A stretch of 64,000 nucleotides of DNA. Origin: SAR324 cluster bacterium (GTDB lineage Bacteria; SAR324; NAC60-12). Below are positions 47,834 to 57,080 of this stretch, in pieces; within the stretch, counting starts at the first letter, position 1, and every line of letters begins with the position of its first letter. The DNA lies in assembly GCA_015231885.1 (NCBI GenBank), contig JADGAT010000001.1:27436-91435 (forward strand). Direction: 5' to 3'. The notes under the pieces were generated by a model. That model was not told the DNA's origin and ran no database searches. It was given only the letters and a program-made list of their open reading frames with translations. The position numbers were made by a program, and so were the translations under genes.

Positions 47834-48118
47834 GAAGAAAAAAATATTTTATTTTGCCTGATACAACAATACAAATCAATGCCTATTTGATGCATAAACA
47901 CCATGGATCTTAGATAATTGATAAAACTACGTAGATTTACGGATAGATTTCTTAAATTGAATTAACTTATAATGCCGACGCTGCAAGGACTCAAGGTAAC
48001 TTGTGTCATACTGTCAGCAACAGAGGATTTCTGTTAAAAACTAAATCAAGCGTTTCCGGTGAAAAATCAGGAATTTTCCTGATTTCCTTTAATCCAATCT
48101 TACTATGAAGGATCAACT

Positions 48119-48760
48119 ATGGGCTCAGACTTTCTCCTGCGTCGTATCCACAGTATTACAGGTATTGTTCCAGTAGGTCTGTTTTTGATTTATCATCTCT
48201 ATACACAACTTTATTTGCATCATGGAGCTGAGGTTTATAATCAACAGGTCAATGGCTATTACGATAGTCCTCTTGCAATTCTGGCTTTAGTCATTTTTGT
48301 CTACATTCCTCTTATTTTTCATTCCGTTTATGGTTTGAAAATATCTTCCAGTCTTGCGAACCCCTCAGAAATCAAGGCAACGCAGGAATATAAATATTTT
48401 TCCAACCTTCTGTATTGGCTGCAACGGTTGAGCGGAGTGGGAGTTTTCTTATTTGTTGTTGCTCATTTGGCCAATGCCCAGATCATTCCATTGATGAATG
48501 GAGAATGGGGAGCACATTATGAACATTTGCAGGGAGGTTTTCTCAATCCCAGCAGTGGTTGGCTTACACTAACAGTCTATATCCTGGGAATTACTGGCGC
48601 TGCATTTCACTTAGGAAATGGTATCAGTACTTTTTGTATGACATGGGGAATTGCATTGACTCCGTTGTCACAAAAAATGGTTCGTACTTGCGGTATTGGG
48701 GTGTTTTTTGTCCTCGTACTCAGCGGTTATTATTCAATCAGTGTTTTCTGGCTTAACTAA
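48119..48760 (+). CDS. sdhC: succinate dehydrogenase/fumarate reductase diheme cytochrome b subunit (B-type, 5 TM)
   Basis: Five TM helices with His residues in helices, order C-A-B as in B. subtilis/Wolinella-type enzymes. Confidence 0.7.
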   Translation: MGSDFLLRRIHSITGIVPVGLFLIYHLYTQLYLHHGAEVYNQQVNGYYDSPLAILALVIFVYIPLIFHSVYGLKISSSLANPSEIKATQEYKYFSNLLYWLQRLSGVGVFLFVVAHLANAQIIPLMNGEWGAHYEHLQGGFLNPSSGWLTLTVYILGITGAAFHLGNGISTFCMTWGIALTPLSQKMVRTCGIGVFFVLVLSGYYSISVFWLN

Positions 48761-48775
48761 TTCGGAGAAGAGCTC

Positions 48776-50710
48776 ATGTCAAAACAACGCGTAATAGTAA
48801 TAGGCGGTGGTTTAGCAGGATTAGCTGCAACCATGAAAATTGCAGAGCAGGGAATGCAGGTGCTGCTGGTTTCATTTCTACCAGTGAAGCGTTCGCATTC
48901 TGTATGCGCTCAAGGCGGCATTAACGGTGCTGTTAATATTAAAGGGGAAGGAGACTCTCCTGACATTCACTTTTATGATACAGTAAAAGGAGGTGATTTT
49001 CTTGGACACCAGCCTCTTTGTAAAGATATGTGTTACAATGGACCATTTGTCATTCACCTGATGGATCGTCTAGGTGTAACTTTTAACAGAACCCCTGAAG
49101 GCAACCTTGATTTCCGCCGTTTTGGAGGAACACTTCACCATCGTACCGCATTTGCTGGTGCGACCACAGGTCAACAATTACTGTATGCACTGGATGAACA
49201 GGTTCGCCGGTTAGAAGTAGAGGGAATTGTAGAAAAAATGGAATGGCATGAATACCTCGGTGCTATCCTGAATGATGAGGGGCGTTGTGTTGGAGCCGTC
49301 ATTCACAATTTACGCAGCGGAGAAATTGTATCTGAGCGTGGAGATGCGGTGGTATTGGCAACAGGCGGCCCAGGTCTGGTTTATGGACGTTCCACCAACT
49401 CTGCGGTTTGTACAGGGACAGCCACCACTTCTGCCTACCTGCAAGGTGCTAAATATGGCAATGGCGAATTCATACAAATACACCCATCTGCCATCCCGGG
49501 GCATGATAAACTGCGTTTGATGAGTGAATCAGCTCGTGGTGAAGGCGGTCGTGTGTGGGTTCCTCGCAAACCTGGAGACAATCGTCCTCCGAAGCAAATC
49601 CCCGACAATGAACGGTATTACTTTCTGGAAGAACGCTATCCTTTGTTTGGTAATTTGGTTCCTCGTGATGTGGGCTCCCGTGAAATCTATGATGTTTGTA
49701 TCAATGGTGGCCTAGGAGTCGGTGGAGAAAATAAAGTATACCTGGATTTGACTCACCATAGTCGCGAACACTTGAATAGACGTCTGGGAGGAATTTTAGA
49801 AATTTATGAAAAATTCACAGGTGTGGATCCTCGTGAAAACCCAATGGAAATTTTTCCTGCAGTGCATTATTCCATGGGAGGCATCTGGACCGATTATGAG
49901 CGTACTGAAGAAGGCTTGATCAATCATGAATCTCCTCGCAATCAGTCGACCTCTCTTACAGGATTGTATGCAGCGGGAGAAGCCGATTACCAATATCATG
50001 GCGCTAACCGTCTGGGAGCCAATTCACTGCTCAGTTGTATCTACACAGGACTGATGATGGGCCCTGGAGTTGTGAATTATGTGAAAAACGTGGATCAGGC
50101 AGCAGAAGATATTCCCAGCAGTGTATTTGAAAAAGCTGTTCAAGAAAAGAAAGAGCGCTTTGACCAGATCAAGGCGATGAAAGGAAAAGAAAATCCCTAT
50201 GCCCTTCATCACGAACTGGGTGAACTGATGATCGCCAACGTATTGATTGTGCGGGAAAATGACAAACTGGAAAAAACCTTGGATGTTATCAATGAGTATG
50301 AAGAACGCTGGAACAATGTTGAATGCGTCGATACCCAGGTTTGGACCAACCCTGTGCCCAGTTACATCAATCAGTTGTATAACATGATCCAACTCTCTAA
50401 AATCATTACCAAAGGTGCAATGTTGCGTAATGAATTTCGAGGGGCCCACTATAAACCTGAGTTTGATCTGAATCAACCAAAAGACTTTAAACCAGAAACT
50501 TATCTGGAGTATTACGAGCAGAAGCAAAATGGGAAGGTCAACGAAGATTCGTTTACCCCGGAGCATATGGAGTATATGAAACGATTTGAAGCAAATAATG
50601 ATAAATGGCTGAAATCATCCATTGCCCAATTTAAAAATGGACAGCCTGATATTACTTATGAAGAAGTGGATACATCTTTAGTCACCCCTCGACCTCGTAA
50701 ATACGACTGA
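48776..50710 (+). CDS. sdhA: succinate dehydrogenase/fumarate reductase flavoprotein subunit
   Basis: FAD-binding VIGGGLAGLAA, covalent-FAD His region (RSHSVCAQGG), and catalytic HPTAIPG-like and R..GE motifs. Confidence 0.92.
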   Translation: MSKQRVIVIGGGLAGLAATMKIAEQGMQVLLVSFLPVKRSHSVCAQGGINGAVNIKGEGDSPDIHFYDTVKGGDFLGHQPLCKDMCYNGPFVIHLMDRLGVTFNRTPEGNLDFRRFGGTLHHRTAFAGATTGQQLLYALDEQVRRLEVEGIVEKMEWHEYLGAILNDEGRCVGAVIHNLRSGEIVSERGDAVVLATGGPGLVYGRSTNSAVCTGTATTSAYLQGAKYGNGEFIQIHPSAIPGHDKLRLMSESARGEGGRVWVPRKPGDNRPPKQIPDNERYYFLEERYPLFGNLVPRDVGSREIYDVCINGGLGVGGENKVYLDLTHHSREHLNRRLGGILEIYEKFTGVDPRENPMEIFPAVHYSMGGIWTDYERTEEGLINHESPRNQSTSLTGLYAAGEADYQYHGANRLGANSLLSCIYTGLMMGPGVVNYVKNVDQAAEDIPSSVFEKAVQEKKERFDQIKAMKGKENPYALHHELGELMIANVLIVRENDKLEKTLDVINEYEERWNNVECVDTQVWTNPVPSYINQLYNMIQLSKIITKGAMLRNEFRGAHYKPEFDLNQPKDFKPETYLEYYEQKQNGKVNEDSFTPEHMEYMKRFEANNDKWLKSSIAQFKNGQPDITYEEVDTSLVTPRPRKYD

Positions 50711-50725
50711 TTTATGGAGAAACTC

Positions 50726-51481
50726 ATGGCAGAAAAAACCATTACTATACAGATTAAACGCCAAGACAGTAGAGATAGCTCGTCTTACTGGCAGACCTTT
50801 GAAATTCCGTACAAGCCAAATTCCAATGTGATTTCGTGCTTGATGGATATTCGAAGAAACCCGGTTACGAAAGAAGGGAAGCAGGTACCTCCCGTTATTT
50901 GGGAATGCAACTGTCTGGAAGAAGTGTGCGGGGCATGCACTATGGTCATCAATGGTCGTGTTCGGCAATCATGCAGTGCATTGATTGATACACTGGCACA
51001 ACCAGTCCGTTTGCAACCAATGAGCAAATTCCCTGTTGTTCGTGATTTGGCGGTTGATCGTTCTCGGATGTTTGAGAACCTCAAGAAAGTCAAAGCCTGG
51101 ATGCAGGTGGATGGGTATCATGATTTGGGTCCAGGAGCAAAAGTTCCAGAAACGAATCAGGGCATCGCTTATAAACTTTCAGAATGCATGACCTGCGGTT
51201 GTTGTATGGAAGCATGTCCTCAATTCTCGCTGAACAATAATTTTATTGGTGCTGCGCCTATTAGTCAGGCCAGGCTCTTCAACATGAACCCTGTGGGCAA
51301 ATTCATTGCAGAACAACGGCTTCAGCCCTTGATGGAAGCTGGTGGAATCGGAGACTGCGGAAATGCGCAAAACTGCGTTGAAGCCTGCCCCAAGTCCATT
51401 CCTTTAACCGAATCGATTGCCGAAATGAGCAAACAGGTTTCTGTTCAAATGTTTAAAAATATTTTTCAGAAACGCTCATAA
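50726..51481 (+). CDS. sdhB: succinate dehydrogenase/fumarate reductase iron-sulfur subunit
   Basis: [2Fe-2S], [4Fe-4S] and [3Fe-4S] cysteine clusters (CLEEVCGACTM, CMTCGCCMEACP, CGNAQNCVEACP). The start is placed at the second ATG, which has a GGAGAAA RBS. Confidence 0.9.
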   Translation: MAEKTITIQIKRQDSRDSSSYWQTFEIPYKPNSNVISCLMDIRRNPVTKEGKQVPPVIWECNCLEEVCGACTMVINGRVRQSCSALIDTLAQPVRLQPMSKFPVVRDLAVDRSRMFENLKKVKAWMQVDGYHDLGPGAKVPETNQGIAYKLSECMTCGCCMEACPQFSLNNNFIGAAPISQARLFNMNPVGKFIAEQRLQPLMEAGGIGDCGNAQNCVEACPKSIPLTESIAEMSKQVSVQMFKNIFQKRS

Positions 51482-51482
51482 G

Positions 51483-52955
51483 TTAAAAGATATTTCCCTC
51501 GAATTTTCCGTATATGAGGTCTTGGAGCTCATATACGGTTCGCAGGGAATCTCTTAAAAATCGTCCTTGAAGCGGATTCAATTCGCGAAAACTGATCATA
51601 TTATCCGTCCTGGTACTGCCTTCTTTTCTTGCAAAATCCTGCCGAATTCTCAACAATAAAATAAAATCATACGCTTCTCTGACTGCTCCGACTACCTCAG
51701 GAGACAGCAGACCCGCTTTTTCAATCACATCCAAACGTTCCATAGAATGAGTAACCGGTGATCCGCAGGTCAAGGCAAGAACCCGTATGGCCCTCACTAA
51801 CGGAGCCAGTGCTTCCCTTTTGATATCAACAGGTGGGGGAAACATTTCTATCAAGCGGCGGAGTCTCCATTTCCAGTTCTTGACTGGAGGGCGCCCTGCC
51901 TTAATCATGTTTTCTGTTAAAAATCGGAGAAAACTTTTATTATTCTCTATTGCCTGTAGCAATCCTTCCCATAATTCATCAACAAACCTTGTTTGTCCAT
52001 ACAACGCTCGAAAATCAAAATAAGTAGAGGCCTTGAGCAAAGAGTCAGGTTCCGGATTGACAACAATCGAGTGAAATATCTGATGCCAGCGGTCTACTGA
52101 CAGACAAAGTTCCGGATTGCTGGCCATGATGTTACCTTCGCAGCGGGGAAAACCGCATGTTTCCAGGCCCTCAACCGCTTTTTCAGCAAATTGCAGAAAC
52201 CACTGCTGTACTTCGACAAACTGACTGTCTGGAACATTAGCAAATACAATTCCATTATCCTGGTCGGTACTGGAAGTTTGCTCTTTTCTACCTTCACTGC
52301 CCATTGCCATCCAGCAAAATTCAACAGGAGGCTCCCCTTTTCCATCTTCCTTCATCTCTCTGAGTGAATTTGCTATGATTGCTTCTGTAATGCGGTCGTT
52401 GACTTCTGTCACAATCATGGTGAGAGACCGGGCATCTCCTTCTTCTTCAAATATGTTTTCAATCAGAACATTGGACTCTGTTTTCAATTCAGCAGCATCA
52501 GCAATCGTACTTGCTTCTTCAATAGCACGAAACAAATAGGCGGGATGCCGTGCTTGATAGCGCACCCAGTCATGCTCCGAGATCATACCCACCATTATCC
52601 CTTCGCCTATCACCAGAAGGTGGGTGATTTTATGACGAAGCATCAGCAGCAAGCCCTCAAAAATGGGCCGATCGTACTCAATAGAGAGGATTTGGGGACT
52701 CATTATTTCTTCAATAGGTAGATTGGTTTCCTTGCTGACTGCCAACACGCGGCGCACCAAATCCGTCTTGGTTACAATTCCGATGGGTTGTCCCTTTTCG
52801 ACAACCACTAACGATCCAATGGACTTTTTGGTCATTTTATTGGCCGCTTCTTGAATCGAGGTACCTTTACCGATTGTGTGGATCGGCCCTTTGACCAATT
52901 CATAGACTATATTGGAAAAAGGAGAAAAAGCTTTGGTGTGTACAGGAGTATTCAT
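51483..52955 (-). CDS. CBS-pair + DUF294 (putative nucleotidyltransferase) signal-transduction protein
   Basis: Tandem CBS domains at the N-terminus, followed by a DUF294-like nucleotidyltransferase region and a C-terminal substrate-binding-like region. Its stop lies 1 nt from the sdhB stop. Confidence 0.65.
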   Translation of the reverse strand: MNTPVHTKAFSPFSNIVYELVKGPIHTIGKGTSIQEAANKMTKKSIGSLVVVEKGQPIGIVTKTDLVRRVLAVSKETNLPIEEIMSPQILSIEYDRPIFEGLLLMLRHKITHLLVIGEGIMVGMISEHDWVRYQARHPAYLFRAIEEASTIADAAELKTESNVLIENIFEEEGDARSLTMIVTEVNDRITEAIIANSLREMKEDGKGEPPVEFCWMAMGSEGRKEQTSSTDQDNGIVFANVPDSQFVEVQQWFLQFAEKAVEGLETCGFPRCEGNIMASNPELCLSVDRWHQIFHSIVVNPEPDSLLKASTYFDFRALYGQTRFVDELWEGLLQAIENNKSFLRFLTENMIKAGRPPVKNWKWRLRRLIEMFPPPVDIKREALAPLVRAIRVLALTCGSPVTHSMERLDVIEKAGLLSPEVVGAVREAYDFILLLRIRQDFARKEGSTRTDNMISFRELNPLQGRFLRDSLRTVYELQDLIYGKFEGNIF

Positions 52956-53526
52956 AAAATCAGGAATTAGAAATTATAGGGCGGATCAACAAAGAGAATG
53001 GATCATTATACTCGACTTTTAGAAAAATAGTTGAGATTTTTTAAAAAAATGGCATATTTTTTGTGTCATGCGGCCTCTGGCAAAGAAAGATCGTCAAGAT
53101 GCTTTAAATCGGCTACCCACTTAATCAGGGCACTCTTTACCACCCTCGGCCCCTCCCAGGAGAGGATAGGGGTGGTGCACAAGCAAGCGATTGATTAACG
53201 GCCCCGCTTTTGTATGAAACCAGTTACTAAGTTATTGATTTAAAATATTATTTATTATTGTTTTAAAGATTTATATTTTGATTTCATCTATAAGACACAA
53301 TACGAGCGTGCTTTTCAAAAGTATAGCTTTTTTGCAAAAAACTCGTTTAAAAATATAAACTCAGCTGAACTGAATATAGTTTTGTATGCGTAGTCGAACT
53401 AACAATTTGTGGTACAATCAGCTGAGCAGTCATGTTAAGTTCGGGCTCGAGGCATCATTTGCGGGACGACCTGAACGAGTCATCACTCAAAAGCTTTGAG
53501 TAAACATTTTCAGTAAAGTGATTGCT

Positions 53527-54300
53527 TCAGGATGTCACTGGTACTAATTCAAATCCAAATTGTTTAGCCTGACGTTTTAGACGTTGTAACGCGTTTGAAT
53601 CCTTTTGAGAGAAATACTCTTCTCCGAGTTCGTGATAGGATTTTCCCTCTTTGAGGATCAAGTAAATAACTTTGAGTATTTTATGAGCAATAGCGACAAT
53701 GGCTTTTTTAGAACCTCGACGGGATTTGAGTCGATAATATTTGGCTTTCCAAAAGCTGTTTTTCTTTTTGACAGCGGCCCAGGCCATTTCCACAAGCATT
53801 TCTCGAAAAAGATGTTTTTTAGCCGGGTTGCTCCCATTGCGTCTTTTGCCGGCACTTTCGTTATTGCCGGGACAAACTCCGGCCCAGTTGCTCAAGGCCT
53901 CCGGGGATCGAAAGGCCATCAGATCAGGGCCCAATTCGCCTAGAATAGATTGAGAGGCGACTTTATCAATGCCAGGAATTTCATCGAGCCGTTTCAAGGC
54001 TTCTTGATGGTCGCCCATGAGGCTTTCTACTTGCTTTTCAAGAGCGGTAATCTCATTCTCTAGTGTATTCAGGATATGGAGCAAACTCCGTAATTGAAAA
54101 CGATGGTGGTCATTAAAAAAGCCTTGGATAGAACGATATAATTCCTCAGATTTATTAACAAGGGTTCCACGACATTGTTGTTGAACGCCCTCTAAAGTGG
54201 GTTGAGAACATTCAAGTAAATAGCGCATCAAATTTCGACCGGTCACTCCAAAGAGTTCGGAGACCACAGAATCAATTTTGATATTAGCTGTTTCAAACAA
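53527..54300 (-). mobile_element. IS110-family transposase remnant (C-terminal Transposase_20 region only; N-terminal DEDD catalytic domain missing)
   Basis: 257 aa matching the C-terminal two-thirds of IS110-family transposases (LDEIPGIDKVASQSILGELG, HLFREMLVEMAWAAVKKK, AIVAIAHKIL). An in-frame stop lies immediately upstream, and no N-terminal domain is found in any frame of the adjacent 210 bp. Confidence 0.7.
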
Positions 54301-54512
54301 TTTATGAACCCGACGTTAAGTGGGTAGCCGTTTTTACATGAGCACATACATGGGCAGCCGCCCTCAAACTGAGCGTATTTCAGTATAACTCAGTATAAAT
54401 GGCTGATTTCAGCAATCCCTTAATTTAACTAGCCTGGTAGAGCTTTATAACACTCAGCATAAATAAGTCAAATTCGTTCAATACGAGCCAACTGCTCGTT
54501 TGTGGGTTCTGC

Positions 54513-55886
54513 TCAACAGTACCAGGGTTCGTTCAGGTAAGGAAAATCCGTACGACCTGGAACCAGGGGAAGCGGTGGTAAGGAGGAATGGGGACTGGTT
54601 TTTGTACTGGCACAATTCCAGAGTGCCTCAAATATCTCTGGTCGAGTCTGGTTCTTTTGCATTCCTGATGAGACCAACTCCAACACGTCTGAATAAAGTT
54701 CATCCATTGTTGAATCGGGATGCTCCCATTCATAAACTAAACTCTGCTGGTTAAAATTTTCTGATTGTTTCTGCATGTCAGGAATTTCGAACAGCATTGA
54801 TCCTTCTGTGATCAATAAGCGTATTGCCAATTGAATGGGGGATGTTTGCTCCGCCAATCCCAATTCAAATAAAGATGAAAGAAATTCCTGGTAGCCGGTG
54901 ACACTGCTCCATGGAGTAAAAGGGATGAAGGTAGGATTGAGAGTCAACCCGGCTTTTTGGCACAATTGAACCACCTGGATGAAGTCTGCAACCGTATGTT
55001 TTTTATTCAAAAGTGCCAGAATATGGTCATCCATCGCCTCCACGGCACTGGTAACGACCACACAGCCTGTTTCTTTCAGAAGCGGGAGATGTTCAGAATG
55101 CCTCAGCAAATGCTCCACCTTGATGGTGACATCATAAGTAACTTTGGGAAATTCCTGGTGCAATGCCTGAACAATCGGAACGGCATGTCCCACGCCATTG
55201 AAAAAATCGGGATCACCAAATGTAATATGTTCGGCACCAGCCTTCACCTGTTGGCGAATGTCTGCTAACACAACATCCTTTTGGATGATTCGAAAATTAC
55301 CTTCATAAACCGGAACGATCGGACAATGACGGCATGAATGTTTGCAGCCCCTTGTTGCCTCCACGTAACCTGTCTTTCGGGGTGGATGACTGCCCCAATG
55401 GAGTTGTGCATATTTCGATAATTCTGGTAAATCGCAACGATCCGGGATTAAAAATTGCTGACGGGCCAGAGAAACCAAAGGTTCGGTTTGTTGATCAGAA
55501 AGGCTTCCTGCTAAAATACTGTGCAGTCGATGGCAAAGGTGGAGTAATCCGGATTCATATTCTCCTCCCAGGATCGTTTGAGCACCCAGCTTACGGAGAA
55601 AGACTTCATTCAAAGGAGCATAAAGCCCGTAAAAACAAAGATGGGCCAGGGGATTGAGCTGACGCACATGAGTGAAGACTTCTACGGCAAGCCGGGTTGC
55701 TGTGTGCATGGGAATATAAAAGGCAACCAGATGGGCCTGACGGACGATCTCTGAGGGCAGAGAATCGACCGCAAGATCCACACAGTTCACTTGAAACCCG
55801 CTTTGCCGCAGCCAGGCAGCCGGTGAAGCAAGTCCGAATGGCTGATGTCCCAGGTCGTATGTCGAAACTAATACAATTTGCAACAC
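54513..55886 (-). CDS. B12-binding domain-containing radical SAM protein
   Basis: N-terminal cobalamin-binding Rossmann-like region, a radical SAM CxxxCxxC motif (CKHSCRHCP) and a C-terminal Cys (..EPWYC). Confidence 0.75.
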   Translation of the reverse strand: MLQIVLVSTYDLGHQPFGLASPAAWLRQSGFQVNCVDLAVDSLPSEIVRQAHLVAFYIPMHTATRLAVEVFTHVRQLNPLAHLCFYGLYAPLNEVFLRKLGAQTILGGEYESGLLHLCHRLHSILAGSLSDQQTEPLVSLARQQFLIPDRCDLPELSKYAQLHWGSHPPRKTGYVEATRGCKHSCRHCPIVPVYEGNFRIIQKDVVLADIRQQVKAGAEHITFGDPDFFNGVGHAVPIVQALHQEFPKVTYDVTIKVEHLLRHSEHLPLLKETGCVVVTSAVEAMDDHILALLNKKHTVADFIQVVQLCQKAGLTLNPTFIPFTPWSSVTGYQEFLSSLFELGLAEQTSPIQLAIRLLITEGSMLFEIPDMQKQSENFNQQSLVYEWEHPDSTMDELYSDVLELVSSGMQKNQTRPEIFEALWNCASTKTSPHSSLPPLPLVPGRTDFPYLNEPWYC

Positions 55887-55891
55887 AGGCT

Positions 55892-56833
55892 CTATTTTCC
55901 AGGCTGATAATAAGGGTTGGTTCCATTGGCATGATCTGTCACATCCAAAACCTCAACAATCCCTGGAATGTGTTCTTTGACCAATACTTCGACACCTTGC
56001 TTCAATGTCACATTGACCATCCCGCATCCTTTACAGCCGCCGCCAAATTCCAAGTAAACCCGTCCGTCTTCAATATCAATTAATTGAATGACGCCTCCAT
56101 GAGAGGCGACCATGGGGTTGATTTGTTCTTCAAGCAGCTGCTCCATTGCTTCTTTCACGGATCCTGTCAAAGGACTCACTTCTCGGTTTGGATTTTTAAT
56201 GCTCAAACCATGCTCTGCATCTGACTCACGCTCCACTATTGTATCTTGAAGGTATAACAAGCTTTCCTGGTTCAGATAAACGTCAATCTCCCCCACTTTA
56301 ATGATGGTATCTTGTGCCGTGTCCTCACTTTCCTGGACAAAATCAACGCTGTACTTTGCTATTTTTGGAGAAATGGCACTTGCGATGATACGGAAGCCTT
56401 TCAATGACGATCCCGCTTCCTGCAGCCTTTTTTTGATTTCCTCCAAAGCCGCATCCGTGATGGTGAATTTTGAATCGGCCAGCGCCTGGAGCAATTCTTC
56501 ATAATCTTCAATAAAATAAAAGGAATCAAAACCATTTTCATAGAGCAGTTCTGCTGCTTGTCTTGCTTCACCATGGTTGCTTCCATATATCAAAATATCC
56601 CCCTCGTAAGGCATCTGGTAGATGGAATTCTCAAAATGTTCGATGGGTAATGAGTGAGCTCCTGGTAAATGGGACTGTTCAAAATCTTCTGATGACCTCA
56701 GATCAAAAACATAGGATTTCGTTGCAGTTCTGCGTTTTTCCAAAAACTCTTCATAAGACACCTTGAACTCATCTGAATTGAACTTTGGTTCTTCTGACTT
56801 CTCATTTCCGGTTAAATTTTTAAATTTGAACAT
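55892..56833 (-). CDS. rhodanese + IscA/HesB-like + NifU-like (NfuA-type) fusion protein
   Basis: N-terminal rhodanese fold, a middle A-type-carrier-like segment, and a C-terminal Nfu domain with the GGGCKGCGM motif. Lies 6 nt upstream of the radical SAM gene on the same strand. Confidence 0.6.
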   Translation of the reverse strand: MFKFKNLTGNEKSEEPKFNSDEFKVSYEEFLEKRRTATKSYVFDLRSSEDFEQSHLPGAHSLPIEHFENSIYQMPYEGDILIYGSNHGEARQAAELLYENGFDSFYFIEDYEELLQALADSKFTITDAALEEIKKRLQEAGSSLKGFRIIASAISPKIAKYSVDFVQESEDTAQDTIIKVGEIDVYLNQESLLYLQDTIVERESDAEHGLSIKNPNREVSPLTGSVKEAMEQLLEEQINPMVASHGGVIQLIDIEDGRVYLEFGGGCKGCGMVNVTLKQGVEVLVKEHIPGIVEVLDVTDHANGTNPYYQPGK

Positions 56834-57080
56834 GAATTTTTCCTTTCTCCAAGCAAATGTAAATCAAATAGGACTCTTTTAGTCCTGATTTTACCCGAAG
56901 TATTACGGATGTCAACAGTTCTGTTTTGAAACAAATTCCTAATTTATGAGCTTACATGGCAGGACACCCGATACCATTCTTGTATTGCAACTAATCTTTT
57001 CTTACATTACAATTTTGTCTGACAAATCATTTCTAAGAATGAAAAAAGACCATGCATGCCTTGTTTAATGTAGGACAATC

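Noticed and set aside
53400-54540. Inverted similarity flanking the IS110 remnant (ACCTGAACGA at ~53488 vs TCGTTCAGGT at ~54527)
   Set aside because: Only about 10 nt match, IS110-family elements generally lack terminal inverted repeats, and the match is probably chance.
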